DNA of 64,000 bases from an uncultured Pelagibacteraceae bacterium (lineage in GTDB: Bacteria > Pseudomonadota > Alphaproteobacteria > Pelagibacterales > Pelagibacteraceae), in contig CABZHY010000002.1 of NCBI GenBank assembly GCA_902525565.1, positions 2,221 to 66,220 of the forward strand. Reading direction: 5' to 3'. The notes below the pieces were generated by a model, which worked only from the letters and a program-made list of their open reading frames with translations, was not told the DNA's origin and searched no databases. Every line of letters starts with the position of its first letter. Positions within the stretch are counted from its first letter, which is position 1. The position numbers and the translations under genes are program-made. This document shows, one piece after another, positions 40,243 to 50,466 of this stretch.

Positions 40243-41415
40243 GTGAAAATAACTTCTATTAAAAGTCATGTACTTAAATATGAGTTAGAACAAGAACTTG
40301 GATATTCACAACAATATTACAAACATCGTACGGCCCACCTGGTTGAAGTTCAAACAGATGAAGGAATAATTGGTTGGGGTGAATGTTTTGGCCCTGGAAA
40401 TATAGCTTTAGGGAACAAATTTATTGTGGAAAAGGTTATACAGCCTTTAGTAATTGGTGAAGATCCTTTAAATAAAGAACATATCTGGCAAAAAGTATAC
40501 AATCTTTTAAGAGATAGTGGTCAAAAGGGAATGCCAATTCAAGCATTATCAGGTGTAGATATTGCTTTATGGGATATTCTTGGGAAGAAAACAAATACTC
40601 CTCTTTACCAACTTGTCGGTGGCAAATGTAATAATGAAGTTCCAGTGTATGGATACGGAATGATGTTACAAAAAAAATCAGTTGATGAATTGGTCGCCTT
40701 ATTTAAAGAAGAGTCTAAGCAAATAAAATCAAAAAATTTTAAAGCTATGAAAATGAAAGTTGGATTAGGTCCAAAAGAAGATTTAAAGTTAGTTCAAGCA
40801 GTAAGAGACTCTATTGGAAAAGATTTTAAATTAATGGTTGATGCAAATCACGCTTATAATTTGAAAGATGCTCTTTATGTTGGAAAAGGTTTAGACGAAC
40901 TAGATATTTATTGGTTTGAAGAACCTGTTGCTCCTGAAGATTATGAGGGTTACAGAGAATTGAAACAAAAAATCTCTACCAGCATTGCAGGAGGAGAGGC
41001 TGAATTTACCAAATATGGTTGGAATAAATTAATATCACATAAAGGTATTGATATAGCTCAACCAGAGGTTTGTGGACTTGGGGGTATTACAGAATATTTA
41101 AAAATTGCAGCATTAGCACAAGCAAACTTTATACCAGTAATTAACCATGTATGGGGCTCAGCAATAAGTATTGCAGTTAACCTTCATTTATTGACAGCTC
41201 AACCAGATATGCCTGGTAGTTTATTTCCATCTAAATCTATGCTTGAGTTTGATACAACAGAAAAAAATATTTTTATCACAGATTTACCTAAGGAAGAATT
41301 TTCAATTTTAGACCAAGTTAAAAACAAAAACGGTTTTGCATCAGTAAATGATAATATAGGTATTGGTATTAGTCCAGATGAGGATTTTATAAAGGAGTTT
41401 GAAGTAAATGAATAA
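40243..41415 (+). CDS. Enolase-superfamily MR/MLE enzyme, galactarolactone cycloisomerase (Gci)-like
   Basis: GWGECFGP, YNLLRDSGQKG, KMK, DANH, WFEEP, AGGE, HVWG, EFD. Start taken at GTG 40243. Confidence 0.8.
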   Translation: MKITSIKSHVLKYELEQELGYSQQYYKHRTAHLVEVQTDEGIIGWGECFGPGNIALGNKFIVEKVIQPLVIGEDPLNKEHIWQKVYNLLRDSGQKGMPIQALSGVDIALWDILGKKTNTPLYQLVGGKCNNEVPVYGYGMMLQKKSVDELVALFKEESKQIKSKNFKAMKMKVGLGPKEDLKLVQAVRDSIGKDFKLMVDANHAYNLKDALYVGKGLDELDIYWFEEPVAPEDYEGYRELKQKISTSIAGGEAEFTKYGWNKLISHKGIDIAQPEVCGLGGITEYLKIAALAQANFIPVINHVWGSAISIAVNLHLLTAQPDMPGSLFPSKSMLEFDTTEKNIFITDLPKEEFSILDQVKNKNGFASVNDNIGIGISPDEDFIKEFEVNE

Positions 41416-42319
41416 AATAAAAACCTCAGATCCAAGACCTATTTGGAAATTAAGATGTACTTTAGGAGAGGGCACTCTATGGGTTAAAGAGCATAATTCA
41501 ATTTACTTTGTCGATATTAAAAAAAAACGAATTTGTTCTTTGAATATAAAAAATAATAAAAAAAAAATACTTAAGGTAAATAAAGAAATTGGTTTCATTG
41601 CTCATATAGAAAAGCATGTTTTTATATTAGGGCTCCAAGGTGAATTAAGAATTCAAAATCTTAAATCAAAAAAAATTCTAAAATCAATTTTTATAGAATC
41701 AGAAATTAAACTAAACAGAATTAATGATGGTAAAACTGACTCAGAAGGAAATCTATGGTTTGGTACAATGGATAATTTAGAGAGAAAAATTGAAAAAGGA
41801 TCTTTATATAAATTAGACAAGAATTTGAAATTGTCAAAGATAGATAAAAATTATAGAATTACTAATGGACCGGCTTTTATTGATAAATTTAATTTTTATC
41901 ACACTGACAGTGCTAAAAAAATTATTTATAAAATAAAAATTAACAAAAATAATAAAATAATAAATAAAAAAATATTCAAAAAATTTTCTGTAAATGAAGG
42001 GGTTCCTGATGGAATGACTTTAGACAAAAACAAAAATTTATGGGTAGCTCATTTTCATGGAGCCTGTGTTTCTGTGTTTAACAACAAAGCAAAATTAATT
42101 CATAGAATACGGTTTCCTGCAAAAAATATTACTAATTGTGCTTTTGGTGGCAAAAATACTAATGAGCTTTATGTTTCAACAGCAACTAAAGGCATGAACA
42201 AAGCAGATTTGCAAAAATTTACATATTCTGGGTTCTTTTTTAGTGTAAAAACAAATGTAAAAGGAATTTTACAAAAAAAATTTATTTTAAATAATGAAGA
42301 AAAGAGATCTTTACTATGA
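41408..42319 (+). CDS. SMP-30/gluconolactonase-family sugar lactonase
   Basis: LGEG, RINDG, WFGTM, NGP, PDGM, TNCAFGG. Confidence 0.88.
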   Translation: MNKIKTSDPRPIWKLRCTLGEGTLWVKEHNSIYFVDIKKKRICSLNIKNNKKKILKVNKEIGFIAHIEKHVFILGLQGELRIQNLKSKKILKSIFIESEIKLNRINDGKTDSEGNLWFGTMDNLERKIEKGSLYKLDKNLKLSKIDKNYRITNGPAFIDKFNFYHTDSAKKIIYKIKINKNNKIINKKIFKKFSVNEGVPDGMTLDKNKNLWVAHFHGACVSVFNNKAKLIHRIRFPAKNITNCAFGGKNTNELYVSTATKGMNKADLQKFTYSGFFFSVKTNVKGILQKKFILNNEEKRSLL

Positions 42320-44984
42320 GAGAATACCTACTAAGCTTTTAAGAGAGGATTTTAGATTATTAGGTACTTTCCTAGGTAGAGTTATTAAAGATCAAGAAGG
42401 TATAGCATTTTTTAAAATTGTCGAAAAATTTAGAGTGCTATCAAAAAATACTCTCTCTGATAAAAATAAAAGAAAAGTATTATCAAGAATTTCAAAAGAA
42501 GTTAAAAAACTAACTCCGGAGAATACATTTAAATTAAGTAGAGCATTTTCACACATTTTAAATTTACTAAATCTAGTAGAGTCCCTTGATGCATCAAGAA
42601 AGTTAAATGAGTACGAAAACCCGTATTTTAAAAGTAAAAATCAAAATTTGTTTATAGAAGATATAATTGAAGGCTTATTTAAAAACAAAAAAATTTCTGA
42701 CAAAAATATTTATGAGCAGGCAAAAAAACTTGATATTGGGATTGTTCTTACTGCTCATCCAACAGAAGTAAAAAGAAGAACTTTAATACAAAAATATGCA
42801 AATTTGATTTATATTATGGAGCAGAGACATCTATATAAAAAATATCCATCAAAGATTATCGAACTAGATAGACAATTATATTCAGAAATAGCAATTATAT
42901 GGAAAACAGATGAGTTAAAACGAACCAAGCCTTCTCCATTAGATGAGGCTAGATGGGGTTTAGCCGTTATTGAGGATAGTTTGTGGGACACAATTCCTAA
43001 AGTTTACAAAAGACTAAACGATATATTTAGAAAAAATTTAAATAAGGATTTACCAAGAGATTTTAACCCTATTCAGTTTGGATCATGGATGGGCGGTGAT
43101 AGAGATGGAAATCCTAATGTGACAGCTGAAGTAACTAAGAAAGTAATATTATTTTCTAGGTGGCAAGCTGCAAAATTATATGAAAAAGAACTTACTAAGT
43201 TAATTCAAGATTTATCAATGGAAGAATGTTCTGCAAAAATTAAAAAAGCAACTGGAAATAGTTTTGAACCGTATAGAGTGTATTTAAGGCCAATAAGAGA
43301 CAAAGTAAGACTTACCCATCAATTAATTGAAAATCATTTAAATAATAATTCAAACTTAAATGAAAAAAAGTTAATTCAAAACAAACATGAAATTACTATT
43401 CCATTAAGAGAAGTAAGGAACTCCTTAAAACTAAATAAAGGAGATCATATTGCCAATGCAGATCTATTAGATTTAATGAGGAGAGTTAGGTGTTTTGGCA
43501 TTAATCTTGCAAGATTAGATATCAGACAAGAAGCTGATAGACATGAAAAACTCTTAAATGAAATTTTCAAAAAGAAAAGTAAAATTACATATTCTAAATT
43601 AAGTGAGATAGATAAAATTAAATTATTGAATAAATCAATCAAAGAGAAGAAATTTTTTGTAGATAAAATAAAAATACAAAATAAAGAAAATAGAGAAGTG
43701 TGGAATACTTTTAAGCTGGTTTCATCTACCCCAAATGAGTGTTTAGGTGCATATGTAATATCAATGACATCTAATGCTTCTGACATTTTGTCTGTATATT
43801 TTTTACAAAAACAAGCAAAAATTAAAAATTTTTTAAGAGTTGTTCCACTATTTGAAACTTTGGATGATTTAATAAACGCCAAAGATGTTATGAAAAATTT
43901 ATTCAAACTTTCTTGGTATAGAAAATTGATTAATTCTAAACAGGAAGTAATGATTGGATACTCAGACTCAAGTAAAGATGCAGGAAAATTATCAGCGAGT
44001 TGGCATCAATACAAACTTCAAGAAGAGTTAAGAACTATATCAAAAAAATACAAAATTGACTTAGTATTTTTTCATGGAAGAGGAGGATCTCCAGGAAGAG
44101 GAGGCGGACCAATTCAAGCAACATTAAAATCTCAACCAGCTGGAACTGTAAATGGGAAAATTAGAATTACTGATCAGGGTGAAGTAATTCAGCAGAAATA
44201 TGGATATAAGCCTCTAGCTGAATATAATCTTTGTAGTTATATCGGAGCGGTTATGGATGCTTCTTTAAATCCGCCACCAAAATCAAAACCTAATTGGAGA
44301 GATTTAATTCAGAATATGTCTGAAATTTCTACATCTGCGTATAGGAAATATTTAAATCAAAGCGAAGACTTTATCAGATACTTTAAAACTGTTACACCTC
44401 ATAAGTCTCTGGGAAAGCTAGCTATAGGTTCTAGACCAACAAAAAGAAAAAATGTTGATAACATTCAAGGTCTAAGAGCGATACCTTGGGTATTTGCTTG
44501 GACACAAATTAGATTAATGTTACCAGCTTGGTTAGGAACAACTGAGGCTTTGAGATATGGATCAATTAAAAAGTTTAAAAAAACCATGATGGATATGGAA
44601 AAGAACTGGCCATATTTTATTTCGACTATGGATATTTTAGATATGGTAATTTCAAAGGTTGATCCAGAAATCTCAGTTATATACGAAAATAATTTGGCTG
44701 ATGCTTCATTGAGGAGAATTGGTAGAAAATTAAGATATCAATTTGATGCATTGGTCAAATTGCATAATAAAATAACCCCAAGGGAAGTGGTACAAGAGAG
44801 AAAAAAATTTAGAAAAGCACTGTTTATTAGAAGCAATTATACGGAGATGTTAAATATTTTACAGGCAAATATAATGAATAAATTAGCAAACAAAAAATAT
44901 AAAAAATTAGATAAAAAATTTCTTGATGACGCTTTAATGACATCTATCGCAGGCATATCTGCTGCAATGAAAAATACTGGATAA
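42294..44984 (+). CDS. ppc: Phosphoenolpyruvate carboxylase
   Basis: VLTAHPTE, SWMGGDRDGNP, QEVMIGYSDSSKDAG, FHGRGG, LRAIPW, MKNTG. Confidence 0.97.
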   Translation: MKKRDLYYERIPTKLLREDFRLLGTFLGRVIKDQEGIAFFKIVEKFRVLSKNTLSDKNKRKVLSRISKEVKKLTPENTFKLSRAFSHILNLLNLVESLDASRKLNEYENPYFKSKNQNLFIEDIIEGLFKNKKISDKNIYEQAKKLDIGIVLTAHPTEVKRRTLIQKYANLIYIMEQRHLYKKYPSKIIELDRQLYSEIAIIWKTDELKRTKPSPLDEARWGLAVIEDSLWDTIPKVYKRLNDIFRKNLNKDLPRDFNPIQFGSWMGGDRDGNPNVTAEVTKKVILFSRWQAAKLYEKELTKLIQDLSMEECSAKIKKATGNSFEPYRVYLRPIRDKVRLTHQLIENHLNNNSNLNEKKLIQNKHEITIPLREVRNSLKLNKGDHIANADLLDLMRRVRCFGINLARLDIRQEADRHEKLLNEIFKKKSKITYSKLSEIDKIKLLNKSIKEKKFFVDKIKIQNKENREVWNTFKLVSSTPNECLGAYVISMTSNASDILSVYFLQKQAKIKNFLRVVPLFETLDDLINAKDVMKNLFKLSWYRKLINSKQEVMIGYSDSSKDAGKLSASWHQYKLQEELRTISKKYKIDLVFFHGRGGSPGRGGGPIQATLKSQPAGTVNGKIRITDQGEVIQQKYGYKPLAEYNLCSYIGAVMDASLNPPPKSKPNWRDLIQNMSEISTSAYRKYLNQSEDFIRYFKTVTPHKSLGKLAIGSRPTKRKNVDNIQGLRAIPWVFAWTQIRLMLPAWLGTTEALRYGSIKKFKKTMMDMEKNWPYFISTMDILDMVISKVDPEISVIYENNLADASLRRIGRKLRYQFDALVKLHNKITPREVVQERKKFRKALFIRSNYTEMLNILQANIMNKLANKKYKKLDKKFLDDALMTSIAGISAAMKNTG

Positions 44985-45692
44985 ATGTTTGAATATTTAA
45001 TTGCTTTTGGAGCAGGACTTATAAGTTTTTTATCTCCATGTGTTCTACCTTTAATACCTGGATATATTTCTTATATCTCTGGTCAATCCTTACAAGAAAT
45101 ATTAAATAAAAAAGAAATAAACTTTTTTCCGTTAATTTTATTTTGTCTTGGGTTCTCAACTGTTTTTGTTATTTTAGGAGCATCCGCATCATTTTTAGGT
45201 CAGACACTTTTACAAAATTCAGAAATTTTAAGAATTGCAGCTGGAATAATTATAATAATTTTTTCTCTTCAATTAATTGGGATAATTAATATACCTTACC
45301 TAAATTTTGAAAAAAGATTTGATGCTAAAGAATCAAGAAATATTCTTTTTCCATATGTAATCGGTGTTGCTTTTGGTTTTGGATGGACACCCTGTATTGG
45401 TCCAATTTTAGGTTCAATTTTAGCTTTAGCATCTATTGAAGAAACCTTATCAAGAGCAGTAATATTATTAATTTTATATTCATTAGGTCTTGCAATTCCT
45501 TTTGTTTTATCAGGATATTTAATTCAAAAATTTTTATTATTTTCGAAGAACTTTAGGAAAAATATTAATTTAATCTCAAAAATTGGTGGAATTATTCTTT
45601 TAATAACAGGTATTTTAATATTAACCAATCAATTACAAGCAATTGGATTTTATATAATTGAAATCTTTCCATTTATGCAAAAATTCGGATAA
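44985..45692 (+). CDS. ccdA: Cytochrome c biogenesis protein CcdA
   Basis: SFLSPCVLPLIPGY and GWTPCIGPIL. Confidence 0.93.
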   Translation: MFEYLIAFGAGLISFLSPCVLPLIPGYISYISGQSLQEILNKKEINFFPLILFCLGFSTVFVILGASASFLGQTLLQNSEILRIAAGIIIIIFSLQLIGIINIPYLNFEKRFDAKESRNILFPYVIGVAFGFGWTPCIGPILGSILALASIEETLSRAVILLILYSLGLAIPFVLSGYLIQKFLLFSKNFRKNINLISKIGGIILLITGILILTNQLQAIGFYIIEIFPFMQKFG

Positions 45693-45701
45693 AAGTTACT
45701 A

Positions 45702-46289
45702 ATGAAGATTTATCAAATAGACTCAAGCGCTAGAAAAAAAGGATCAACCTCGCGCGCACTTGCTAAAAAACTTTTAGAGAAAATTAAAAAACCTGGAGAT
45801 GAGGTGATTTATCGTGATTTAGATGATGAGATGTTTTTTATCAGTGGGCTTACAGAGTCGGGTATGAAAATTGATGAAAAAGAACAGACAGAGCACCACA
45901 AAAAAATGTTCGAACTTTCTGATAAATTAGTAAAGGAGTTAAAAGAAAGTGATGTGATTATAATTTCAGCTCCTATTTACAACTATGGTCCTCCTGCAAC
46001 ACTTAAAGCTTGGTCAGATCTAGCAGCTAGAATAGGGGAAACATTTAGATTTAAACCTAATGGGAGACGGGAAGGGTTATTAAAAAATAAACATGCATAT
46101 TTAGTAATAACCTCCGGAGGAACAAAATTAAATAGCTCTGAGGATTTCCTAACTCCTTGGTTAAAATTTATTCTTAATTTTTTTGGGATTGAAAAAGTAG
46201 ATATTATTAGTGCAGATCAAATGGCATTAGATTATGAAAAATCAATTAGTAATGCAGAAACACAAATTGAAAATTTATTTAAAGATTAA
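45702..46289 (+). CDS. azoR: FMN-dependent NADH-azoreductase/quinone reductase
   Basis: IDSSAR..STSR, PIYNYG.PATLKAW, TSGG. Confidence 0.85.
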   Translation: MKIYQIDSSARKKGSTSRALAKKLLEKIKKPGDEVIYRDLDDEMFFISGLTESGMKIDEKEQTEHHKKMFELSDKLVKELKESDVIIISAPIYNYGPPATLKAWSDLAARIGETFRFKPNGRREGLLKNKHAYLVITSGGTKLNSSEDFLTPWLKFILNFFGIEKVDIISADQMALDYEKSISNAETQIENLFKD

Positions 46290-47382
46290 ACTTTCTTTTT
46301 AAATGTCTTAGTTTTCCTTCTGTACTATCAAAATCAATATAACAACCTTGTAAAAATCTTTCGCCTTCTTTAGTTTCATAAGATGTTCTTCCATGAAGTA
46401 ATCGATGATTATCCATCATTATTAAATCTTTTGGCTCAAGTTTAAATTCGATTTTATATATTTTGGAATTATACATTTCAGATAGTTTTTTTCTTGCTTG
46501 ATAATAAAGATCTAATTTTTCTTTATCTAAAATCGGAACATAGTCTAATCTAGGACTAAATCTAACTTGTTTGAAACTTTTATCATTGTTTAGTTCAATC
46601 AAAGGAGAGATGTTTTCTAATATTACTTCTTTATCAACAAATCTAAATCTAACTTTTACTTCTGTTAAAATTTTGTAAAATTTAGGAAAATGATTTCTTA
46701 ATTCTTCTGTAACAGTGTATCCATCTACTAAGGTTGATAGTCCACCTGATACTTTACTTTCAATACAATGTAATAACTGAATACACGGCACAGGATTTCT
46801 ATAAGGATTATCAGTATGAGGAGCCAAGGCTAAAGATGTATAAGCAAGATCGTTTGGATCTGGTTTAGATTTAACATTAAAATATTCTCCAAAATTTGTT
46901 CTTCGAACACTTCCAATAGAGTTTGCAAATTCTACAATGTAGTTTTTTGATGTTGGAATATTTTTTATAATAACAAATCCATATTTATAAAAAGAAACAA
47001 GCAAATCATGCATTTCTCTACTTTCATAAAAATCTTCTTGATAATTAAAATTTTTAATATTTTTTAAAGTGGAGTCCCATCTAGTTTTTTTTATTGATTT
47101 AATAACAATATCTTCTTTAGAAAACTCTAAAGCAATTTTATCAATTTCTAGTTTTGAAGTAACACCATCATTAAAATCAATTTCTAAGTATTTTTCATTT
47201 ATATAAGCTTTATTTATTGAAATATTACTACTTAAGGAGGTAGGATCGAAAAGTCTCTGTTGAGTTCCTTTATCTAAATATTCTTCACTATTTACTCTTT
47301 CACGTAACCAGAATGGGTGAATTTCTTTTTTTTCAGATCCATTATAATAAAAAACTTTATTTTGATTTAGCTCAATTTTCAT
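46279..47382 (-). CDS. TauD/TfdA-family dioxygenase, gamma-butyrobetaine hydroxylase-like
   Basis: N-terminal WLRE..TQQR, LAYT..LAPHTDNPY, DN.RLLHGR, LQGCY. Start taken at MKIEL. Confidence 0.85.
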   Translation of the reverse strand: MKIELNQNKVFYYNGSEKKEIHPFWLRERVNSEEYLDKGTQQRLFDPTSLSSNISINKAYINEKYLEIDFNDGVTSKLEIDKIALEFSKEDIVIKSIKKTRWDSTLKNIKNFNYQEDFYESREMHDLLVSFYKYGFVIIKNIPTSKNYIVEFANSIGSVRRTNFGEYFNVKSKPDPNDLAYTSLALAPHTDNPYRNPVPCIQLLHCIESKVSGGLSTLVDGYTVTEELRNHFPKFYKILTEVKVRFRFVDKEVILENISPLIELNNDKSFKQVRFSPRLDYVPILDKEKLDLYYQARKKLSEMYNSKIYKIEFKLEPKDLIMMDNHRLLHGRTSYETKEGERFLQGCYIDFDSTEGKLRHLKRKFNL

Positions 47383-47449
47383 AATCACCACCTGAGAATT
47401 ATTTAAAATTTAACTTTAATCAACATAAATTAAATAGTAAGAGTTCCTT

Positions 47450-48256
47450 GTGATTAATTTTGATAGAAAAAAATACCCCATATATGCTAGTTTTTTAAAT
47501 CAATTAGCAAAAGATTTAACTAAGTTCTATTATTCAAAATTGAACAGAACCTTTAAAGTATCTAACAAACTTAAAGGTAAAGGTTATGATCCAGTAACCA
47601 CTTCAGACAGAGCCTTTGAAAAATTTATACGTTCAAAAATTAAAAAAAAATTTCCTTCACACCAAGTTATTGGTGAAGAATATGGTTCAACAAATTCAAA
47701 AAGTGATTATACATGGGTAATTGACCCTATAGATGGTACAAGATCATACGTTATTGGAAATCCGACTTGGAGTAACTTAATTTCATTGAACTTTAAAGGT
47801 ATACCAATTCTGGGATTAGCAAACTTTCCAGTTCTTAAAAAATATTATTTAAATTATTCTGATAAACTTGCCTATGTAATTTCTCATGGAAAAAAGAAAA
47901 AATTATTGGTAAATAAAAAAGCTACGTTTAAAACTGTAAAAGTTGCTGCAGCATTTCATGGGTGGTTGTCATTAAACAAACAAAAAAAAATTCCAAAAAT
48001 TTTAAAATTAATGCAATTTCCATGCAGTGATGCTTTAAGTTATTCTCACTTAGCTGAAGGGAGAGTTGACATAGTAATTCAGTGCTCAAATAAAATTTGG
48101 GATATTCACCCATTGATACCAATTATAAAGGCAGCAGGCGGTATTATTAGCACTTGGGATAATAGAGATGCCGTTAATGCTGGAAATATCTTAGTCTCTT
48201 CAAATAAAAAAATTCATAATAATTTTCTAAAATTATTAAAACCAGTCTCTAAATGA
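47450..48256 (+). CDS. Inositol monophosphatase family (HisN-like histidinol-phosphatase)
   Basis: DPVTTSD, GEE, WVIDPIDGT, WD. Confidence 0.8.
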   Translation: MINFDRKKYPIYASFLNQLAKDLTKFYYSKLNRTFKVSNKLKGKGYDPVTTSDRAFEKFIRSKIKKKFPSHQVIGEEYGSTNSKSDYTWVIDPIDGTRSYVIGNPTWSNLISLNFKGIPILGLANFPVLKKYYLNYSDKLAYVISHGKKKKLLVNKKATFKTVKVAAAFHGWLSLNKQKKIPKILKLMQFPCSDALSYSHLAEGRVDIVIQCSNKIWDIHPLIPIIKAAGGIISTWDNRDAVNAGNILVSSNKKIHNNFLKLLKPVSK

Positions 48257-48816
48257 TACCAGAGAGAGCACAAGTTATTTTAGATTTTTGGTTTAAAGAA
48301 ACTCCTAATGAAATGCGTTTCAAAAAAGATGAAATCTTTGATAAAAAAATCAAAGACAATTTTCTTAAAGATTATGAGCTTGCATGTAATAATGAGTATG
48401 ACGATTGGCAAGATAACCCAATGAGCTGTCTAGCTCTTGTTATTTTGTTTGATCAGTTTTCTCGTAATTTATTTAGAGGCAATAAAAAAGCTTTTGCTCA
48501 AGACCAAAAAACAAGATTGATAGTAAATGATGCAGTTTATTCTGGTTATTTAGAAACAATGAATGTTGATCAAAGATTTTTTATGCTATTACCTTTAATT
48601 CATAGTGAGGAAATTAGTGATCACGAAATGGCATATTATTTATTAAACAAATATTTAAGAGAGCATGAAGAATATAATAAAATTAAAAAGTTTTGGCAGG
48701 ATCATACAAAAGCTATTAGATTATTTCATAGATATCCACATAGAAATGAAATTTTAGGACGAGAATCTACCGAAGAAGAAAAAGAATTCTTAAAAGGTCC
48801 AAACTCTTCTTGGTAA
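48253..48816 (+). CDS. DUF924 family protein
   Basis: ILDFWF, DQFSRN.FR, HSE, RYPHRN.ILGREST.EE. Confidence 0.9.
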   Translation: MIPERAQVILDFWFKETPNEMRFKKDEIFDKKIKDNFLKDYELACNNEYDDWQDNPMSCLALVILFDQFSRNLFRGNKKAFAQDQKTRLIVNDAVYSGYLETMNVDQRFFMLLPLIHSEEISDHEMAYYLLNKYLREHEEYNKIKKFWQDHTKAIRLFHRYPHRNEILGRESTEEEKEFLKGPNSSW

Positions 48817-48817
48817 A

Positions 48818-49189
48818 ATGAATTTAGAGTTTATTTTCAAAATTATTGATAAAGACGATTGGCAAAAAGCCAAACAAACTGGAACTTATGGAGGATCAAA
48901 AAAAGATATTGAAGACGGTTACATACATTTCTCAGAGGAAGATCAAGTAGAGGAAACGCTTAGAAGACATTATCCAAAAAAAGATAATTTACTTTTATTA
49001 AAAGTGAGTGCATTTAAACTTGAGCATTTACTATGGGAACAAGCTTCAAATGGAGATATGTATCCTCATTTATATTCGCCTTTAGATATTGCAAATGTTG
49101 AAGAAGAGTTTGAGTTGCCATTAAATGATGATGGAAATCATAAACTTCCAGAGATTTTAAAAAAATATCAGTTTAGCCGTCCAAGATAA
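48818..49189 (+). CDS. DUF952 family protein
   Basis: DGYIHFS..Q, WE, YPHLY. Confidence 0.9.
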   Translation: MNLEFIFKIIDKDDWQKAKQTGTYGGSKKDIEDGYIHFSEEDQVEETLRRHYPKKDNLLLLKVSAFKLEHLLWEQASNGDMYPHLYSPLDIANVEEEFELPLNDDGNHKLPEILKKYQFSRPR

Positions 49190-49503
49190 TTAACCATAAT
49201 TACACCAACAATAATTAATATTATTCCTACAATTCCGTAAATATTTGGGACCTGATTAAGTTTTAATACTGCAAATAGAACAACTCCCGTTACTGTTAGC
49301 CCGCTATATGTTGCATAGGCAAAACCAACAGGGAGAGCGTGCATTGCTTTTGCAATTGAAAACATTGTAATACACATAAATAGAATGCATAAAACAGAAG
49401 GAGTTAGTTTTGTAAATCCTTCAGAAATTTTGGCTAAGCTATTAGATGCAATTCCAAAAGAAATACCTAAAGCTAAAAATAAATAACCAAACAAAGGTTT
49501 CAT
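49168..49503 (-). CDS. SMR-family small transporter subunit (atypical)
   Basis: Four TMs, K.SEGFT, PVGFAYA; the Glu14 position is Gly. Confidence 0.85.
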   Translation of the reverse strand: MKPLFGYLFLALGISFGIASNSLAKISEGFTKLTPSVLCILFMCITMFSIAKAMHALPVGFAYATYSGLTVTGVVLFAVLKLNQVPNIYGIVGIILIIVGVIMVNYLGRLN

Positions 49504-49504
49504 A

Positions 49505-49837
49505 TTATTGATTTCCTAATAAATTTACCATTAATACCCCAAATATAATAAATGCTAGTCCTATCATAGAATATAAATTAGGAACTTGATTATATTTAAT
49601 TACACCTACAATGACTGTTGCAATAATTGTAAGTCCTGCAAAAGAGGCGTAAGTAATTCCTATAGGAATATTTTTCATTACTAATGAAAGTGCATACATA
49701 CACAGTACAATTGTAATTGCTGTAATTATGCTTGGAACAAGAAGTGTAAAACCCTCAGCACTTTTTGCAAAACTGTTTGAGGTAACACCCAAAAATACTG
49801 CAATACCTAAAAATAAATACGAACTAGCAAGACTCAT
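49505..49837 (-). CDS. SMR-family small transporter subunit (atypical)
   Basis: Four TMs, KSAEGFT, PIGITYA; the Glu14 position is Gly. Confidence 0.85.
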   Translation of the reverse strand: MSLASSYLFLGIAVFLGVTSNSFAKSAEGFTLLVPSIITAITIVLCMYALSLVMKNIPIGITYASFAGLTIIATVIVGVIKYNQVPNLYSMIGLAFIIFGVLMVNLLGNQ

Positions 49838-49875
49838 ACAATGTTTTTAAATGAATTTTAAGAGAATATATAGAA

Positions 49876-50466
49876 TTATTTTAGAGACCATTTAATGGCA
49901 TCTTCCATTCTATCATCTCCCCAGAAAATTTCATTATTCACTATAAAAGTCGGACTACCAAAAATTTTATTTTCACGAGCTGAATTTGTGTTTTCGTTAT
50001 ATTTGGTCTCTATAATTTCTGATTTAGCCTCAGATATAATTTCATCTTTATTTAAATTTAATTCATCACAAACCTCATTAATGCTAGGTTCTATCGCTGG
50101 TTCTTTTCCTTCCTGAAACCATTTTTTATAAGCAAGAATTACAAATTTTTCTCCCCAACCTTTTTCAAAGCCAAGAATTGCGATTTGATTTGCTAAATCA
50201 AATTCTAATAAAGGGTAGGGAACTGGTGTCTTAGCAAAAAAACCATATCCTTCTGCTCGTCTTTCAATATCTCTCCACATGTAGTTGACTTTATTAATTT
50301 TATCTTTTGGAAATGGGATATTATTCATTTCCTTCATAATTGCTCTAACTGAAAAGGGTTTCCAATTAAATTTTACTTGATGTTGTTTTTCAACATCAAG
50401 TATTCTAGTTACAGAAAGATAAGTGTAAGTACTCCCTATCGAAAAATAAAAATCAATACCACTCAC
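49876..50466 (-). CDS. DsbA/kappa-GST family (2-hydroxychromene-2-carboxylate isomerase-like)
   Basis: IDFYFSIGSTYTYL, FGSPTF, FWGDDR. Confidence 0.85.
   Translation of the reverse strand: MSGIDFYFSIGSTYTYLSVTRILDVEKQHQVKFNWKPFSVRAIMKEMNNIPFPKDKINKVNYMWRDIERRAEGYGFFAKTPVPYPLLEFDLANQIAILGFEKGWGEKFVILAYKKWFQEGKEPAIEPSINEVCDELNLNKDEIISEAKSEIIETKYNENTNSARENKIFGSPTFIVNNEIFWGDDRMEDAIKWSLK

Noticed and set aside
41408-42319. Very Lys/Asn-rich, A-tract-rich lactonase (likewise the GH63 gene) as possible pseudogenes or foreign DNA
   Set aside because: Frames are intact and catalytic motifs are retained; consistent with AT-biased drift.
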